In this document: piece after piece, positions 37,876 through 47,499 of the stretch
Position numbering within the stretch: the first letter of the stretch is position 1
Layout of the letters: each line of letters begins with the position of its first letter
NCBI GenBank assembly: GCA_041650715.1
Contig: JBAZKQ010000002.1
Span: 9,568 to 73,567, forward strand
Direction of reading: 5' to 3'
DNA from: Patescibacteria group bacterium
GTDB lineage: Bacteria; Patescibacteriota; Patescibacteriia; Patescibacteriales; UBA12465
DNA length: 64,000 nucleotides
Notes under the pieces: model-generated
The model's input: only the letters and a program-made list of their open reading frames with translations
The model's database searches: none
What the model was told of the DNA's origin: nothing
Position numbers and translations under genes: made by a program

Positions 37876-39120
37876 ATGAAATACGACCACTTAAAACAAC
37901 AAGACCCTGCCGTTTGGGAGATAATTGAGAAGGAAGAAAAGCGGCAAAATGAAGAAATCGAGCTAATTGCCTCGGAAAATTATGTTAGTCCGGCAGTTCT
38001 CGAAGCCATGGCCACGGTTTTAACCAATAAATATAGTGAAGGCTATAGTGGCAAGCGCTATTATGGTGGTAATTATAATATTGATGCCATTGAAACCTTG
38101 GCGATTGATCGGGTTAAGCAATTATTTGACGCGGAGCATGTTAATGTTCAGCCCTTATCCGGCTCACCAGCTAACGCCGCGGTCTATATGGCCTTCTTGA
38201 ATCCGGGCGATAAGGTCCTGGGTCTAAAACTCGACCACGGCGGTCATTTATCACATGGGCACAGTGTTAATTTTTCCGGACGTTTATATAATTTTGTCCA
38301 ATACGGCGTTGACGCACAAACAGGAATAATTAATATGGATGAAGTTCGAGAAATTGCCTTACGGGAAAAACCAAAAATGATTGTGGCAGGTTTCTCCGCC
38401 TATTCTCGAGAAATTGATTGGCAGAAATTTAAAGATATTGCTGATGAAATCGGAGCCTATACTTTCGCTGATATTGCTCATATCGCCGGCTTAATCGCGG
38501 GCAAGCAATTAAAGAACCCAGTTCCGATATTTGATGTTGTTTCAACAACGACTCATAAGACTCTCCGTGGTCCTCGTGGTGCGATTATTATGTGTAAGGA
38601 ACAATTTGCCAAGCAAGTTAATAGCGCCGTGTTCCCAGGGATGCAGGGCGGCCCGCATGATCATATCACGGCTGCGAAAGCAATTGCCTTTGGCGAAGCC
38701 TTAAAGCCAGAGTTTATTGAATACTCAAAACAGATAATAGTAAACGCGCAAGCTATGGCCGCGGAATTTATGGCTCTCGGCTATCGTATTATTTCCGGAG
38801 GGACGGACAACCATTTAATGGTAATTGATTTAAATAGTAAAGGCCTGGTCGGCAAAGAGGCCGAGAAGGTCTTAGAAAAAATTGGCGTTTCGGTTTCCCG
38901 TTCGACTATCCCCAACGACCCTAATCCGCCGATGAATCCGTCGGGAATTAGAATCGGCACACCGGCGATTACGACGCGCGGCATGAAAGAGCCGGAAATG
39001 AAATTAATTGTCGGATATATTAATGAAGCGATGATAAATAAAGATAATGAGGAGAAACTTTTAGAATTAAAGCATAAGGTTGAAGAGCTGTGTGCGAAGT
39101 TTCCTGTCCCCACAAAATAA
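37876..39120 (+). CDS. glyA: Serine hydroxymethyltransferase
   Basis: LIASENY and PLP-lysine motif TTTHKTLRGPRG. Confidence 0.95.
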   Translation: MKYDHLKQQDPAVWEIIEKEEKRQNEEIELIASENYVSPAVLEAMATVLTNKYSEGYSGKRYYGGNYNIDAIETLAIDRVKQLFDAEHVNVQPLSGSPANAAVYMAFLNPGDKVLGLKLDHGGHLSHGHSVNFSGRLYNFVQYGVDAQTGIINMDEVREIALREKPKMIVAGFSAYSREIDWQKFKDIADEIGAYTFADIAHIAGLIAGKQLKNPVPIFDVVSTTTHKTLRGPRGAIIMCKEQFAKQVNSAVFPGMQGGPHDHITAAKAIAFGEALKPEFIEYSKQIIVNAQAMAAEFMALGYRIISGGTDNHLMVIDLNSKGLVGKEAEKVLEKIGVSVSRSTIPNDPNPPMNPSGIRIGTPAITTRGMKEPEMKLIVGYINEAMINKDNEEKLLELKHKVEELCAKFPVPTK

Positions 39121-39121
39121 T

Positions 39122-39931
39122 ATGGTAAAAAAAATAGACGGTCACGCAATTGCCGAAAAATTTAAGGATCAAATTGCAGAACAAATATTTAAGCTTAGTG
39201 GACCAAGACCAAACTTGGCCATTATTTTAGTGGGCGAAAGGGAGGTCTCTAAACTCTATGTTTCTTTAAAACAAAAAGAGGGAGTTAAAGTTGGCGTTGA
39301 TACTCATTTATATGAACTCGCTGAAAATGCGACCGAAGAAGAATTATTAAAAGTGATTGCTTTCTTAAATGTTGATGATTTGATTGACGGGATTTTGATT
39401 CAGCTTCCTTTGCCGCCGCAATTCGATACCGATAAAATTATTGCCGCCATTGATCCCTTAAAAGACGCCGATGGTTTTCATGATAGTCACCCCGCTTATG
39501 TAATGTCACCCGTCTTGGCTTCAATTCTGGCTTGTCTTGAAGAAATTAAATTCGATTTCGAAGATAAAACGGCTTGCGTCTTACATAACTCTGATATTTT
39601 TGGTCTAAGTGTAAAAAAACTTTTAGAAGATAAGGGAATGAAAGTTTCCTTAAAAAACAATCCAGAGGACGCTGATCTGATTGTAAGTGCTTTAGGCAAG
39701 CCGCATTTTATTAAGAAAGAAATGATTAAAGATAAGGCCGTAATAATTGATATTGGAATCACTAAGGTCGAGGATAAAGTATTGGGCGACGCCGATTTTG
39801 ATGATTTAAAAAATAAAGCTTCTTATATTACGCCGGTCCCCGGCGGCATTGGCCCCATGACAATTGCGTTCCTCTTCAAAAACGTATTAGAGATATATAA
39901 GGCCAAACAAAAAAAGACCGGCCCTAGATAA
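39122..39931 (+). CDS. folD: Bifunctional methylenetetrahydrofolate dehydrogenase/cyclohydrolase
   Basis: Starts MVKKIDGHAIAEKF at the ATG at 39122. The track Met at 39080 lies inside glyA. Motifs ILVGE...SKLYV, LIQLPLP and PVPGGIGPMT. Confidence 0.9.
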   Translation: MVKKIDGHAIAEKFKDQIAEQIFKLSGPRPNLAIILVGEREVSKLYVSLKQKEGVKVGVDTHLYELAENATEEELLKVIAFLNVDDLIDGILIQLPLPPQFDTDKIIAAIDPLKDADGFHDSHPAYVMSPVLASILACLEEIKFDFEDKTACVLHNSDIFGLSVKKLLEDKGMKVSLKNNPEDADLIVSALGKPHFIKKEMIKDKAVIIDIGITKVEDKVLGDADFDDLKNKASYITPVPGGIGPMTIAFLFKNVLEIYKAKQKKTGPR

Positions 39932-39962
39932 AGGTGCCGGTGAGAATTTTTTGTTCAGAGTT

Positions 39963-40187
39963 TTATGCTTTGTGTCTGTAAACCCATGAGGCTGCCCAGC
40001 CGATAGCGAGGAAGCCCAAGCCCATGAATATGTGGATTATGGGGCTTATATGGTCATATTGCAGACTAATTGCGTGATCTGCTTGAAGATTATAAATCTC
40101 TTCATAAATTCCAGCTCCGAAGGCAACTAAACCTCCGATAAGACATATAAATGCAAGTAATTTCATTTTAATTTTCATAAAGAACAA
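39963..40187 (-). CDS. Hypothetical small 2-TM membrane protein
   Basis: Two hydrophobic helices. No family recognised. Confidence 0.35.
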   Translation of the reverse strand: MFFMKIKMKLLAFICLIGGLVAFGAGIYEEIYNLQADHAISLQYDHISPIIHIFMGLGFLAIGWAASWVYRHKA

Positions 40188-40233
40188 GTTTTAGGGGTTC
40201 AAACTAATATACCACATTATTTAAAATAAGTCA

Positions 40234-42018
40234 ATGATAGAAAAACAGAAGCAACAATTAAAGGAATTACTTAAGATCCATTTTGGCTATGAGTCTTTTC
40301 GTCCTGGTCAAGAAAGAGCCATTGATAATATTTTACATAAGAAAAATACAGTGGTAGTACTTCCGACCGGTGGCGGAAAATCCTTAATCTATCAACTCCC
40401 CGCCTTAATATTAGAGGGAATTACAATTGTAGTTTCGCCCCTTATTGCTTTAATGAAGGATCAGGTTGATTCCTTGGATAAAGTCGGTATTCCGGCAACC
40501 TTTATCAACTCCTCAATCTCTCCGGACGAAACGGAAAAACGTATCGCGCGGATTCGCAGCGGCTATTATAAAATTATTTATATTGCGCCCGAACGTTTTT
40601 ATAATCAAGTTTTTATTTCCGAACTCAAAACCATAAAAGTTTCTCTGTTCGCGATTGACGAAGCGCACTGCATCAGCCAATGGGGTCATGATTTTCGGCC
40701 GAGCTATATGCGCCTTAAAGATGCGATTAAATTTGTCGGCTCGCCGGTCGTTGTCGCTTTAACGGCCACGGCCACGCCGGAAGTCCGTGATGATATTGTG
40801 GCGCAGCTGGCGCTGAAAGATTCTGATTTAGTAATTACCGGTTTTGCGCGGCCGAATTTACAGTTTGCGGTCATGCCGGCGACGAACGGTCAAAAAATAG
40901 AAAGCATCGTTAATCTTTTAACGACCAATTCGGAACTGGGCTCCGGAATTATTTATGTTGGGACGCGCAATAAGGCGGATGAAATAGTTGAAGTTTTAAT
41001 GGATCATGATATTAAGGCCGTGGTTTATCACGCCGGTATGGATTCGGAGAGCCGCGATTGGGTGCAAAATAAATTTATGAGCGGGGAAGCGCAGGTCGTC
41101 GTCGCGACGAATGCTTTTGGTCTCGGCATAAATAAAAAAGATATTCGTTTTGTTATTCATCATGATTTACCGGGAACGATTGAAGCTTATTATCAAGAAG
41201 CGGGACGCGCGGGACGCGACGGCCAGCCGAGTTTTTGTTTACTTTTTTATCATCAACAAGATAGATATCTCCGCGAATTCTTTATTAAGGGCGACAATCC
41301 GGACCCAAATATTATTATTGAGATTTATGAGTTTTTGCTGCGTCGTGCCGGCCTCGAGGTCGACGCCAATGATTCGATTTTAATTACTTATGCGGAAATT
41401 TCGCAGAATGTTTCGGATTCAGTTCCGGAAATGGCGATTGGCACCGCTTTGAAAATTTTAGAGAAAGAAGGCTATATTTCCCGGCCGAACGAAAAAAATT
41501 CCAATTCTTTTTTGCAGACAAAAAAAGCGTGGAGTGAAATAGAGGCCTCAATCGGCAAGCGCGCCAAGAGCCAAATAGAAGTCGTCGCCAACTTAGGGTT
41601 GAAATATGCGCAGGAATTAATTAAGGGCTGGGACTTTAATCCGGAAGAAGTGGCGGCAGTTTTAAAAGTAAAAAAAGATTCACTTTTAAGGACAATTAAA
41701 AAATTGGCGGAAAAGGATTTGGTTGAGTATCGCCCGCCTTTTCGGGGAACGGAAATTAAAATATTAAAAGTGGTCGAGCCGGAAGATTTGAATCTCGATT
41801 TTAAAGCCCTTAAAGCAAAAGCGAACCGGGCTTATGAAAAACTTAACGAGATGGAAAATTATGTTTATCATCTCGGTTGTCGGCAGAGCTATATTCTGAA
41901 CTATTTTGGCGACTCAAAAGCTAAGCCTTGCGGCCAGTGCGATGGCTGCTTAAAAGTTAATAAGGTAAAAGCGCGCGGCGGCGAGGACTATACGAAAAAG
42001 GAATACTTAAATTATTAG
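40234..42018 (+). CDS. recQ: ATP-dependent DNA helicase RecQ
   Basis: Walker A (PTGGGKS), DEAH box with RecQ signature (DEAHCISQWGHDFRPSY), and C-terminal Zn-binding Cys cluster (CRQ...CGQCDGC). Confidence 0.9.
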   Translation: MIEKQKQQLKELLKIHFGYESFRPGQERAIDNILHKKNTVVVLPTGGGKSLIYQLPALILEGITIVVSPLIALMKDQVDSLDKVGIPATFINSSISPDETEKRIARIRSGYYKIIYIAPERFYNQVFISELKTIKVSLFAIDEAHCISQWGHDFRPSYMRLKDAIKFVGSPVVVALTATATPEVRDDIVAQLALKDSDLVITGFARPNLQFAVMPATNGQKIESIVNLLTTNSELGSGIIYVGTRNKADEIVEVLMDHDIKAVVYHAGMDSESRDWVQNKFMSGEAQVVVATNAFGLGINKKDIRFVIHHDLPGTIEAYYQEAGRAGRDGQPSFCLLFYHQQDRYLREFFIKGDNPDPNIIIEIYEFLLRRAGLEVDANDSILITYAEISQNVSDSVPEMAIGTALKILEKEGYISRPNEKNSNSFLQTKKAWSEIEASIGKRAKSQIEVVANLGLKYAQELIKGWDFNPEEVAAVLKVKKDSLLRTIKKLAEKDLVEYRPPFRGTEIKILKVVEPEDLNLDFKALKAKANRAYEKLNEMENYVYHLGCRQSYILNYFGDSKAKPCGQCDGCLKVNKVKARGGEDYTKKEYLNY

Positions 42019-42020
42019 GT

Positions 42021-42719
42021 ATGGAAGAAAAAAAGGCTCAGGAATTACTGGCTTTGGTAAAGCGCAATTATGCGGAAATTGCGGCGAGTTTTGATGCAAC
42101 CAGAAAAAAAGAAATTTGGCCGGAAATAAGAACTATCGCCGCGGACGTCCCTAATGGCGCGCGGGTTTTAGATTTAGGGTGCGGTAACGGACGGCTGCTT
42201 GAGGTGTTTAAAAATAAAAACGTTAAATATTTGGGAATCGATAATAGTGAGGCGCTCATAAAACACGCGCAAACTAATTATCCCGAAAATAAATTTATTG
42301 TCGCTGACTTATTATCGCTTGACCGCGCGACCCCGGAAAAATTTAATTACATATTCTGCTTGGCCGTTTTGCAGCATATTCCGAGTCCCGAACTCCGTCT
42401 GGCGGCTCTCAAGCAGATGAAACAAAAACTTGAAGCCGGCGGAAGAATAATAATTAGTGTCTGGAATCTCTGGCAAAGCCCAAAACACCGCCACTTGCTT
42501 TTAAGAAACTATTGGCTTAAAATTTTTAAGAGAAACGATTTGGGTTGGAATGACTTGCTTTTCCCCTGGAAAAACTCTCGGGGCGAGGAAGTGAGCGAAA
42601 GATATTATCACGCCTTTACCAAGAAAGAACTGAAAAAATTGGCGCGTTTAGCCGGTTTACGCAGTTTACGCCTTAATCGTGATAAGCATAACTTTTGGGT
42701 AATTTTGGAAAATAAATAA
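42021..42719 (+). CDS. Class I SAM-dependent methyltransferase
   Basis: Motif I VLDLGCGNGR and post-I LGIDNS. Confidence 0.7.
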   Translation: MEEKKAQELLALVKRNYAEIAASFDATRKKEIWPEIRTIAADVPNGARVLDLGCGNGRLLEVFKNKNVKYLGIDNSEALIKHAQTNYPENKFIVADLLSLDRATPEKFNYIFCLAVLQHIPSPELRLAALKQMKQKLEAGGRIIISVWNLWQSPKHRHLLLRNYWLKIFKRNDLGWNDLLFPWKNSRGEEVSERYYHAFTKKELKKLARLAGLRSLRLNRDKHNFWVILENK

Positions 42720-42743
42720 AATAAATTAATAGTTTTTTAAAAA

Positions 42744-43502
42744 TTGAAAGTCATGAATGACACGGAAACTTCAGAAATCACTGAAAAGCCTTGCTTGGAC
42801 CCAGCGCTATTAGTGCGCCTTAATGAAATGATCGAGAATCGGATTATAAACAACGAGAGATTGTTGGCACTCCTAAATTCTCTGGAAAAAGGCGGCAAAA
42901 GACGCCTAAAAAAAGAATTGAAAAAAAACATCACAGTCAGCGAAAATGCACGCGGGTATCTTGTGGAAAGCGTTAGCGCAATTACTTATGACGAAAGCGG
43001 AAAAGTTTGGGGGACTTGGCCGGAAAAAGAAAAAAATCTGCCTCGTTGTACGGATCTGCCAGCCAATTCTATTTTAGCTAGCGCTAAGTATAACTTCCGT
43101 CAAGTTTGTTTACGCGGACTTTCTGTAGCTGCTATGGCCGAAAAATTTCCAAACCATAAGTGGGAAAACCACGTAAAAGACAAACTACCTAATCAGGCTG
43201 GATTTTATCTGATTAGTTTAGAAAACCCTCTCAAAAACCTTAATCCGGCAGCTGAGAATGAAAGTTTTCCTGCGGATTGCTATCGGCTTGACTTCAACCT
43301 AACAATAGAATTGCTCTTAACCCTACAGAAGTTGAATCAGCCGGTACCGAGTTTATTTTTTCGGACAACGCATATTAACGGTCATAGCGACGAAGTTTGT
43401 GTCGGTCTCGTTGACGGGAAAATAAGTTTCTTATCCGAAGATAAAGTACGGGCGGAAAAGAAAATGGGAATCTGTCTTGTTAAATCTGAGAAGTGGATGT
43501 AG
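42744..43502 (+). CDS. Hypothetical protein
   Basis: 252 aa with no recognisable motif. The ATG at 42753 is a more likely start than the track's TTG. Confidence 0.45.
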   Translation: MKVMNDTETSEITEKPCLDPALLVRLNEMIENRIINNERLLALLNSLEKGGKRRLKKELKKNITVSENARGYLVESVSAITYDESGKVWGTWPEKEKNLPRCTDLPANSILASAKYNFRQVCLRGLSVAAMAEKFPNHKWENHVKDKLPNQAGFYLISLENPLKNLNPAAENESFPADCYRLDFNLTIELLLTLQKLNQPVPSLFFRTTHINGHSDEVCVGLVDGKISFLSEDKVRAEKKMGICLVKSEKWM

Positions 43503-43595
43503 CCCAATATTAATCGAATCGAAACAAAGAATAATTAGACTGGTTTTAAAAAAAACCAGTTTTTTTTGCGAAAATAAGCATAATTTGTCTTAATA

Positions 43596-43625
43596 TTGAC
43601 ACCCCCAGGGGGTGTATGTTAAAAT
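43596..43625 (+). promoter_or_regulatory. Promoter with embedded CsoR-type operator palindrome
   Basis: TTGACA (43596-43601), an 18-nt spacer, then extended -10 TGtTAAAAT. The perfect palindrome ACACCCCC-A-GGGGGTGT (43599-43615) fills the spacer. Confidence 0.6.
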
Positions 43626-43631
43626 TAAATT

Positions 43632-43874
43632 ATGAAAACAAACGAACAAAGAATTAATAATATTGTCGGTCAATTAGAGGGCGCCAAAAAAATGCTTAAA
43701 GATAAAGAGCGTGATTGCTTTGCCCTGCTCGTGCAGTTAAAAGCGATTAAGTCTGCGACTTCGTCTTTAATGAGTGCCGTCATCACCGAAGAGCTCGACT
43801 ATTGTCTCTTGGGTGGGAAATTAGAAGATAAGGAAAAAATAACAAAATTCTTTGACGAAGTAATTAAAAAATAA
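43632..43874 (+). CDS. CsoR/RcnR/FrmR-family metal-sensing repressor
   Basis: 80 aa with the DUF156 pattern (RINNIVGQLEGAKKML...C...LVQLKAIKSA). Confidence 0.75.
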   Translation: MKTNEQRINNIVGQLEGAKKMLKDKERDCFALLVQLKAIKSATSSLMSAVITEELDYCLLGGKLEDKEKITKFFDEVIKK

Positions 43875-43925
43875 AACGTATTTAAATTAATAAATAATTT
43901 ATAATCATTTAATAAAAATAAATTT

Positions 43926-44258
43926 ATGTCAAAAGCATTAGAAGTAAACAAGAGCAATTTCGCGACGGAAGTCTTAGGAAGTGCCGAGCCGGTGTTAGTC
44001 GATTTTTGGGCAACCTGGTGCGTGCCTTGCCAAATGATGGCTCCAATTTTGGACGATCTCTCTGGAGAAATGGCCGGCAAAGTTAAAATCGCCAAGCTCA
44101 ATACCGAGGATGGCGAGAATCAGGACTTAGCGATGGAATATCGCATCCAAAGCATCCCGAATATGAAATTATTTAAAGACGGTAAAATCATCGGCGAATT
44201 TATCGGCTTAAGAAATAAAGAAACTCTGAAAGGAGAAATTGAAGCTTTAATAAAATAA
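43926..44258 (+). CDS. trxA: Thioredoxin
   Basis: VDFWATWCVPCQ active site (CVPC variant of CGPC) and the thioredoxin fold pattern. Confidence 0.85.
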   Translation: MSKALEVNKSNFATEVLGSAEPVLVDFWATWCVPCQMMAPILDDLSGEMAGKVKIAKLNTEDGENQDLAMEYRIQSIPNMKLFKDGKIIGEFIGLRNKETLKGEIEALIK

Positions 44259-44271
44259 GACAATTAAAACT

Positions 44272-45495
44272 ATGAGTATTTTTGCTGATAATCTTAACCG
44301 GTTACAGGAAATTAGAGAAATTGAAGGTATCAGCGAGGCGGAGATGTCCGCCTTGCTTGAGCCCACTCAGCTTAAATACACCGAACTTGATATTAAAGGA
44401 AAAAAATATCCAGCTTGGCGTATAATTTATAATCGCGATCTTGGCCCCGGAAAGGGCGGAATTCGTTTTCACCCGGATGTGAGTGAAGATGAAGTTAAAT
44501 CTTTAGCTTTTTGGATGACGCTCAAGAATTCTTTAGCCGACATTCCTTATGGCGGCGCTAAAGGCGGCGTAAAATTTGATCCGAAAGCGGCCGATAAGGC
44601 TGAGCTTGAGGAGGTCAGCCGTAAATATATCGACGCCTTTTATGAGTTTGTCGGTCAAGATAAGGATATCCCCGCGCCGGACGTTTATACTAATGGTCAA
44701 ATTATGTCCTGGATGCTCGATGAATTTGAAAAAAAGGTTGGGCATCATGAACCGGGAATGATTACCGGTAAGCCGATAGAACTCGGCGGAATTGCTTTGC
44801 GCGGCGACGCGACGGCTCAGGGCGGTTATATCGTTACCAAGGAGCTGGCCGCCAAACTTATTACTAAGACGGAAGTAAAAGTCATTGTGCAAGGTTTTGG
44901 TAACGCGGGCCTATTCATGGCGGAAAAATTATATAAAGACGGTTATAAAATTATTGCCGTTTCCGATAGTCGGGGCGGTATTTATGAAGAGGCCGGTTTA
45001 AATATTCCCGCACTCGCTCAATTTAAAAACCAAGGAAATAATGTTGGTGCTTGGACGGAGGGGAAGGCGATTACAAACGCGGAACTCTTGGAACTAAAAA
45101 CCGACATCTTAGTTTTGGCGGCTCTCGAAAACCAGATCACGGAAACGAACGCCAATAATATTAAAGCGGACTATATCATTGAACTTGCGAATGGTCCGAT
45201 TACCTATGCGGCCGATAAAATTTTAGCGGCGAATAAAAAAATAATTGTGCCCGATATTCTTGCCAATTCCGGCGGAGTGATTGTGAGTTATTTTGAGTGG
45301 GCACAAAACCGCACGGGTCAAATTTTAGATGAGGAATATCTGCGGAACCTGCTTGAGAAAAAAATGAGAGTAAATTATAAGCGTGTTTACGATAAGTATA
45401 ATGAACACCAAGGTAATATTACCTTGCGCCAAGCCGCCTATATAATTGCGGTTAGACGAATTCTAACGGCTGCTAATTATCGCGGCGGGAAGTAA
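44272..45495 (+). CDS. Glu/Leu/Phe/Val-family (glutamate) dehydrogenase
   Basis: Catalytic Lys loop IPYGGAKGGV and NAD(P) Rossmann motif VQGFGNAG. Confidence 0.85.
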   Translation: MSIFADNLNRLQEIREIEGISEAEMSALLEPTQLKYTELDIKGKKYPAWRIIYNRDLGPGKGGIRFHPDVSEDEVKSLAFWMTLKNSLADIPYGGAKGGVKFDPKAADKAELEEVSRKYIDAFYEFVGQDKDIPAPDVYTNGQIMSWMLDEFEKKVGHHEPGMITGKPIELGGIALRGDATAQGGYIVTKELAAKLITKTEVKVIVQGFGNAGLFMAEKLYKDGYKIIAVSDSRGGIYEEAGLNIPALAQFKNQGNNVGAWTEGKAITNAELLELKTDILVLAALENQITETNANNIKADYIIELANGPITYAADKILAANKKIIVPDILANSGGVIVSYFEWAQNRTGQILDEEYLRNLLEKKMRVNYKRVYDKYNEHQGNITLRQAAYIIAVRRILTAANYRGGK

Positions 45496-45533
45496 ACCCA
45501 ACGGTTAGCAAAAAATAAAACAGAAATATAAAT

Positions 45534-45566
45534 AAAAAACAGACCCGATACCCGGGTCTGTTTTTA
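45534..45566. terminator. Bidirectional intrinsic terminator
   Basis: cagacccg (45540-45547) pairs with cgggtctg (45553-45560), flanked by an A-run and a T-run. Confidence 0.75.
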
Positions 45567-45583
45567 GGTGGAGTAATAGTATT

Positions 45584-46621
45584 TTATTGGCAGGCGGCAG
45601 CTGACGCAGCCGAGTCTGTACCCGTGCCGAAACCGGCAGACGGGGAAGCGCTGGATAATTTAGCTGAACATTCAGCCGGCGGGTTATTGAAGGCGCTGCA
45701 GATAGTCGCCAGTAAGGAAGCGGAATCACGACCGCTTTGGATTTCTTCACCATTAATGATTAAGGTCGGAGAACCGGCTACGCCATATTTGGTGTTATCC
45801 GCTTTTTCGACATCAAATCCCGGGTAGCTTCCTTGGAAGCCGACATTGCTGGTAAAGTTGGCCATAACCTTAAATTCAGTATCAGTTTTTGTGACGCAGC
45901 TATTAAGGGTAGTTTTATTAACACCCGCCTTATCAAGGCAGCTGGCAGAATCACTCGCTTCCAAGAAGCAGCTTAAATAAGTATCAAATTTGGCAGTCTG
46001 TTCTTTTTGGATACAATACTGAGTTAAATTTTCCGCTAATTCTTTCTGGCCATGCATCGCGTAGCTACAGAATTTTAATTGGAAATCAATTTTATTGCCG
46101 AGAGTGCTCAATACCGGTAACATTCCTTTCTCAATTTGGGTACCGTAGGGGCAATAGCTCATGACGAATAACTCGACCACCGGCTTATCGCTCTTTTTAG
46201 TTACGGTCGCGGAGGGTTGAGCGGCCGTGTCTGCCGTTGTATCAGTTCCAGCTTTGGCGGCGCTCACTTCGTCGATGTTAAGTGCCTGCGGGAAGAAAAG
46301 TTTACCATCTTTAGTCATATATGACTCAACAACGGAACTGGTAATATCAACGCTTAATTTATATAAGCCATATTCAGTCGTAATGTCTTTAATGGTCGCT
46401 TTACTGCCGCCAGACATTAAGAATTTATTGACGAAGTCTTCGGCTTTAGTTTTAGCCTCATCCGTACTTATCGTTTTGCCCGGCTTTGCGGCCGAAGCTG
46501 TCTTATCACCCTTATGCAAAGAGGATGAAGTAATCAGTCCCAAAACAATCAAGACGGCCACGATAACCAAGAGAGTGGTCCAGGTCTTTTTTTGTTTTAA
46601 AATAGAAGTCATTTTCTTCAT
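45584..46621 (-). CDS. Membrane-anchored thioredoxin-fold (DsbA-like) protein with CPYG in place of CxxC
   Basis: I used the start MKKMTSILKQKK at 46621; the track start at 46714 lies upstream of the TM anchor. The thioredoxin-like FVMSYCPYGTQ has the second Cys replaced by Gly. Confidence 0.45.
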   Translation of the reverse strand: MKKMTSILKQKKTWTTLLVIVAVLIVLGLITSSSLHKGDKTASAAKPGKTISTDEAKTKAEDFVNKFLMSGGSKATIKDITTEYGLYKLSVDITSSVVESYMTKDGKLFFPQALNIDEVSAAKAGTDTTADTAAQPSATVTKKSDKPVVELFVMSYCPYGTQIEKGMLPVLSTLGNKIDFQLKFCSYAMHGQKELAENLTQYCIQKEQTAKFDTYLSCFLEASDSASCLDKAGVNKTTLNSCVTKTDTEFKVMANFTSNVGFQGSYPGFDVEKADNTKYGVAGSPTLIINGEEIQSGRDSASLLATICSAFNNPPAECSAKLSSASPSAGFGTGTDSAASAAACQ

Positions 46622-46715
46622 ATTTTTTTGTTTACTCCGCCTTGGGCGGATGTATTTTGTTATTACTTTATTTATTAACTTTATAATTATATTAGAAATT
46701 GGGGCTAACGTCAAT

Positions 46716-47486
46716 TTATTTAAGGGTGAGTAGAAAGTCGTTTAGTTTGGCTGGTAGGTCGAGCGAAAAGCTTTGTATTTTTCCCTCATTATCCTTAAAA
46801 CTTAATTTATTGGCGGCCAGAAATATTCGACCGAAATCAAGTTTTTTATTCTGAGCCTTCGATTTTTTATTGAAATATAGATTGTCGCCGACCAGCGGAT
46901 AGCCGAGAGCAAAAAAATGAACGCGGATTTGATGGGTGCGGCCCGTCTTAATTTTTACTTGGACTAAAGTATAGTTGGTAAAACGTTTTAAAACGGTATA
47001 CTCAGTTATCGCTTCGCGTGATTTGAAAAGGCCATCTAAATTTCCTTGATCGCGATTGCTGGGCTGAGGCCGGCTTAAAAGCTCGACGGTATTGTTCGGC
47101 ATCGCCGCCATCTTGTAGCCCTCGCTCGATCGTTTAATCGGAAAATTAATCGTGCCGTAATCGCTGGCTAATTTTCCGTGTACCAAAGCCACATATTCTT
47201 TATTAACATCACGGTCTTTGAATTGCGCTTTTATAGTCGCGAAAGTTTTTGCGTTTTTGGCGACTACCATTAAGCCGCTGACTTCTTTATCAAGCCGGTG
47301 AACTAAACCGGGGCGAATTGGATCATCGCCGACGTCCGCAATCTCCGGATAGCTCGCAATTAACCAATCGGCCAAGGTCGGGTCTTTGATGTTGCCGCCG
47401 CCATGCACGGCCAGGCCGGACGGTTTATTAATTACCAGATAATCATCGTTTTCAAAAATAATCTCAGGTATGATAGTAAATGTCAT
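46716..47486 (-). CDS. RluA-family pseudouridine synthase
   Basis: Catalytic Asp motif HRLDKEVSGLMV and GRTHQIRVH. Confidence 0.85.
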   Translation of the reverse strand: MTFTIIPEIIFENDDYLVINKPSGLAVHGGGNIKDPTLADWLIASYPEIADVGDDPIRPGLVHRLDKEVSGLMVVAKNAKTFATIKAQFKDRDVNKEYVALVHGKLASDYGTINFPIKRSSEGYKMAAMPNNTVELLSRPQPSNRDQGNLDGLFKSREAITEYTVLKRFTNYTLVQVKIKTGRTHQIRVHFFALGYPLVGDNLYFNKKSKAQNKKLDFGRIFLAANKLSFKDNEGKIQSFSLDLPAKLNDFLLTLK

Positions 47487-47499
47487 AGATTGTTAATTA

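Noticed and set aside
45505-45753. ORF at 45505-45753 (-), 82 aa
   Set aside because: It spans the intergenic terminator and the 3' end of the thioredoxin-fold gene in another frame. It is Arg/Pro/Leu-rich, which looks like a shadow ORF.
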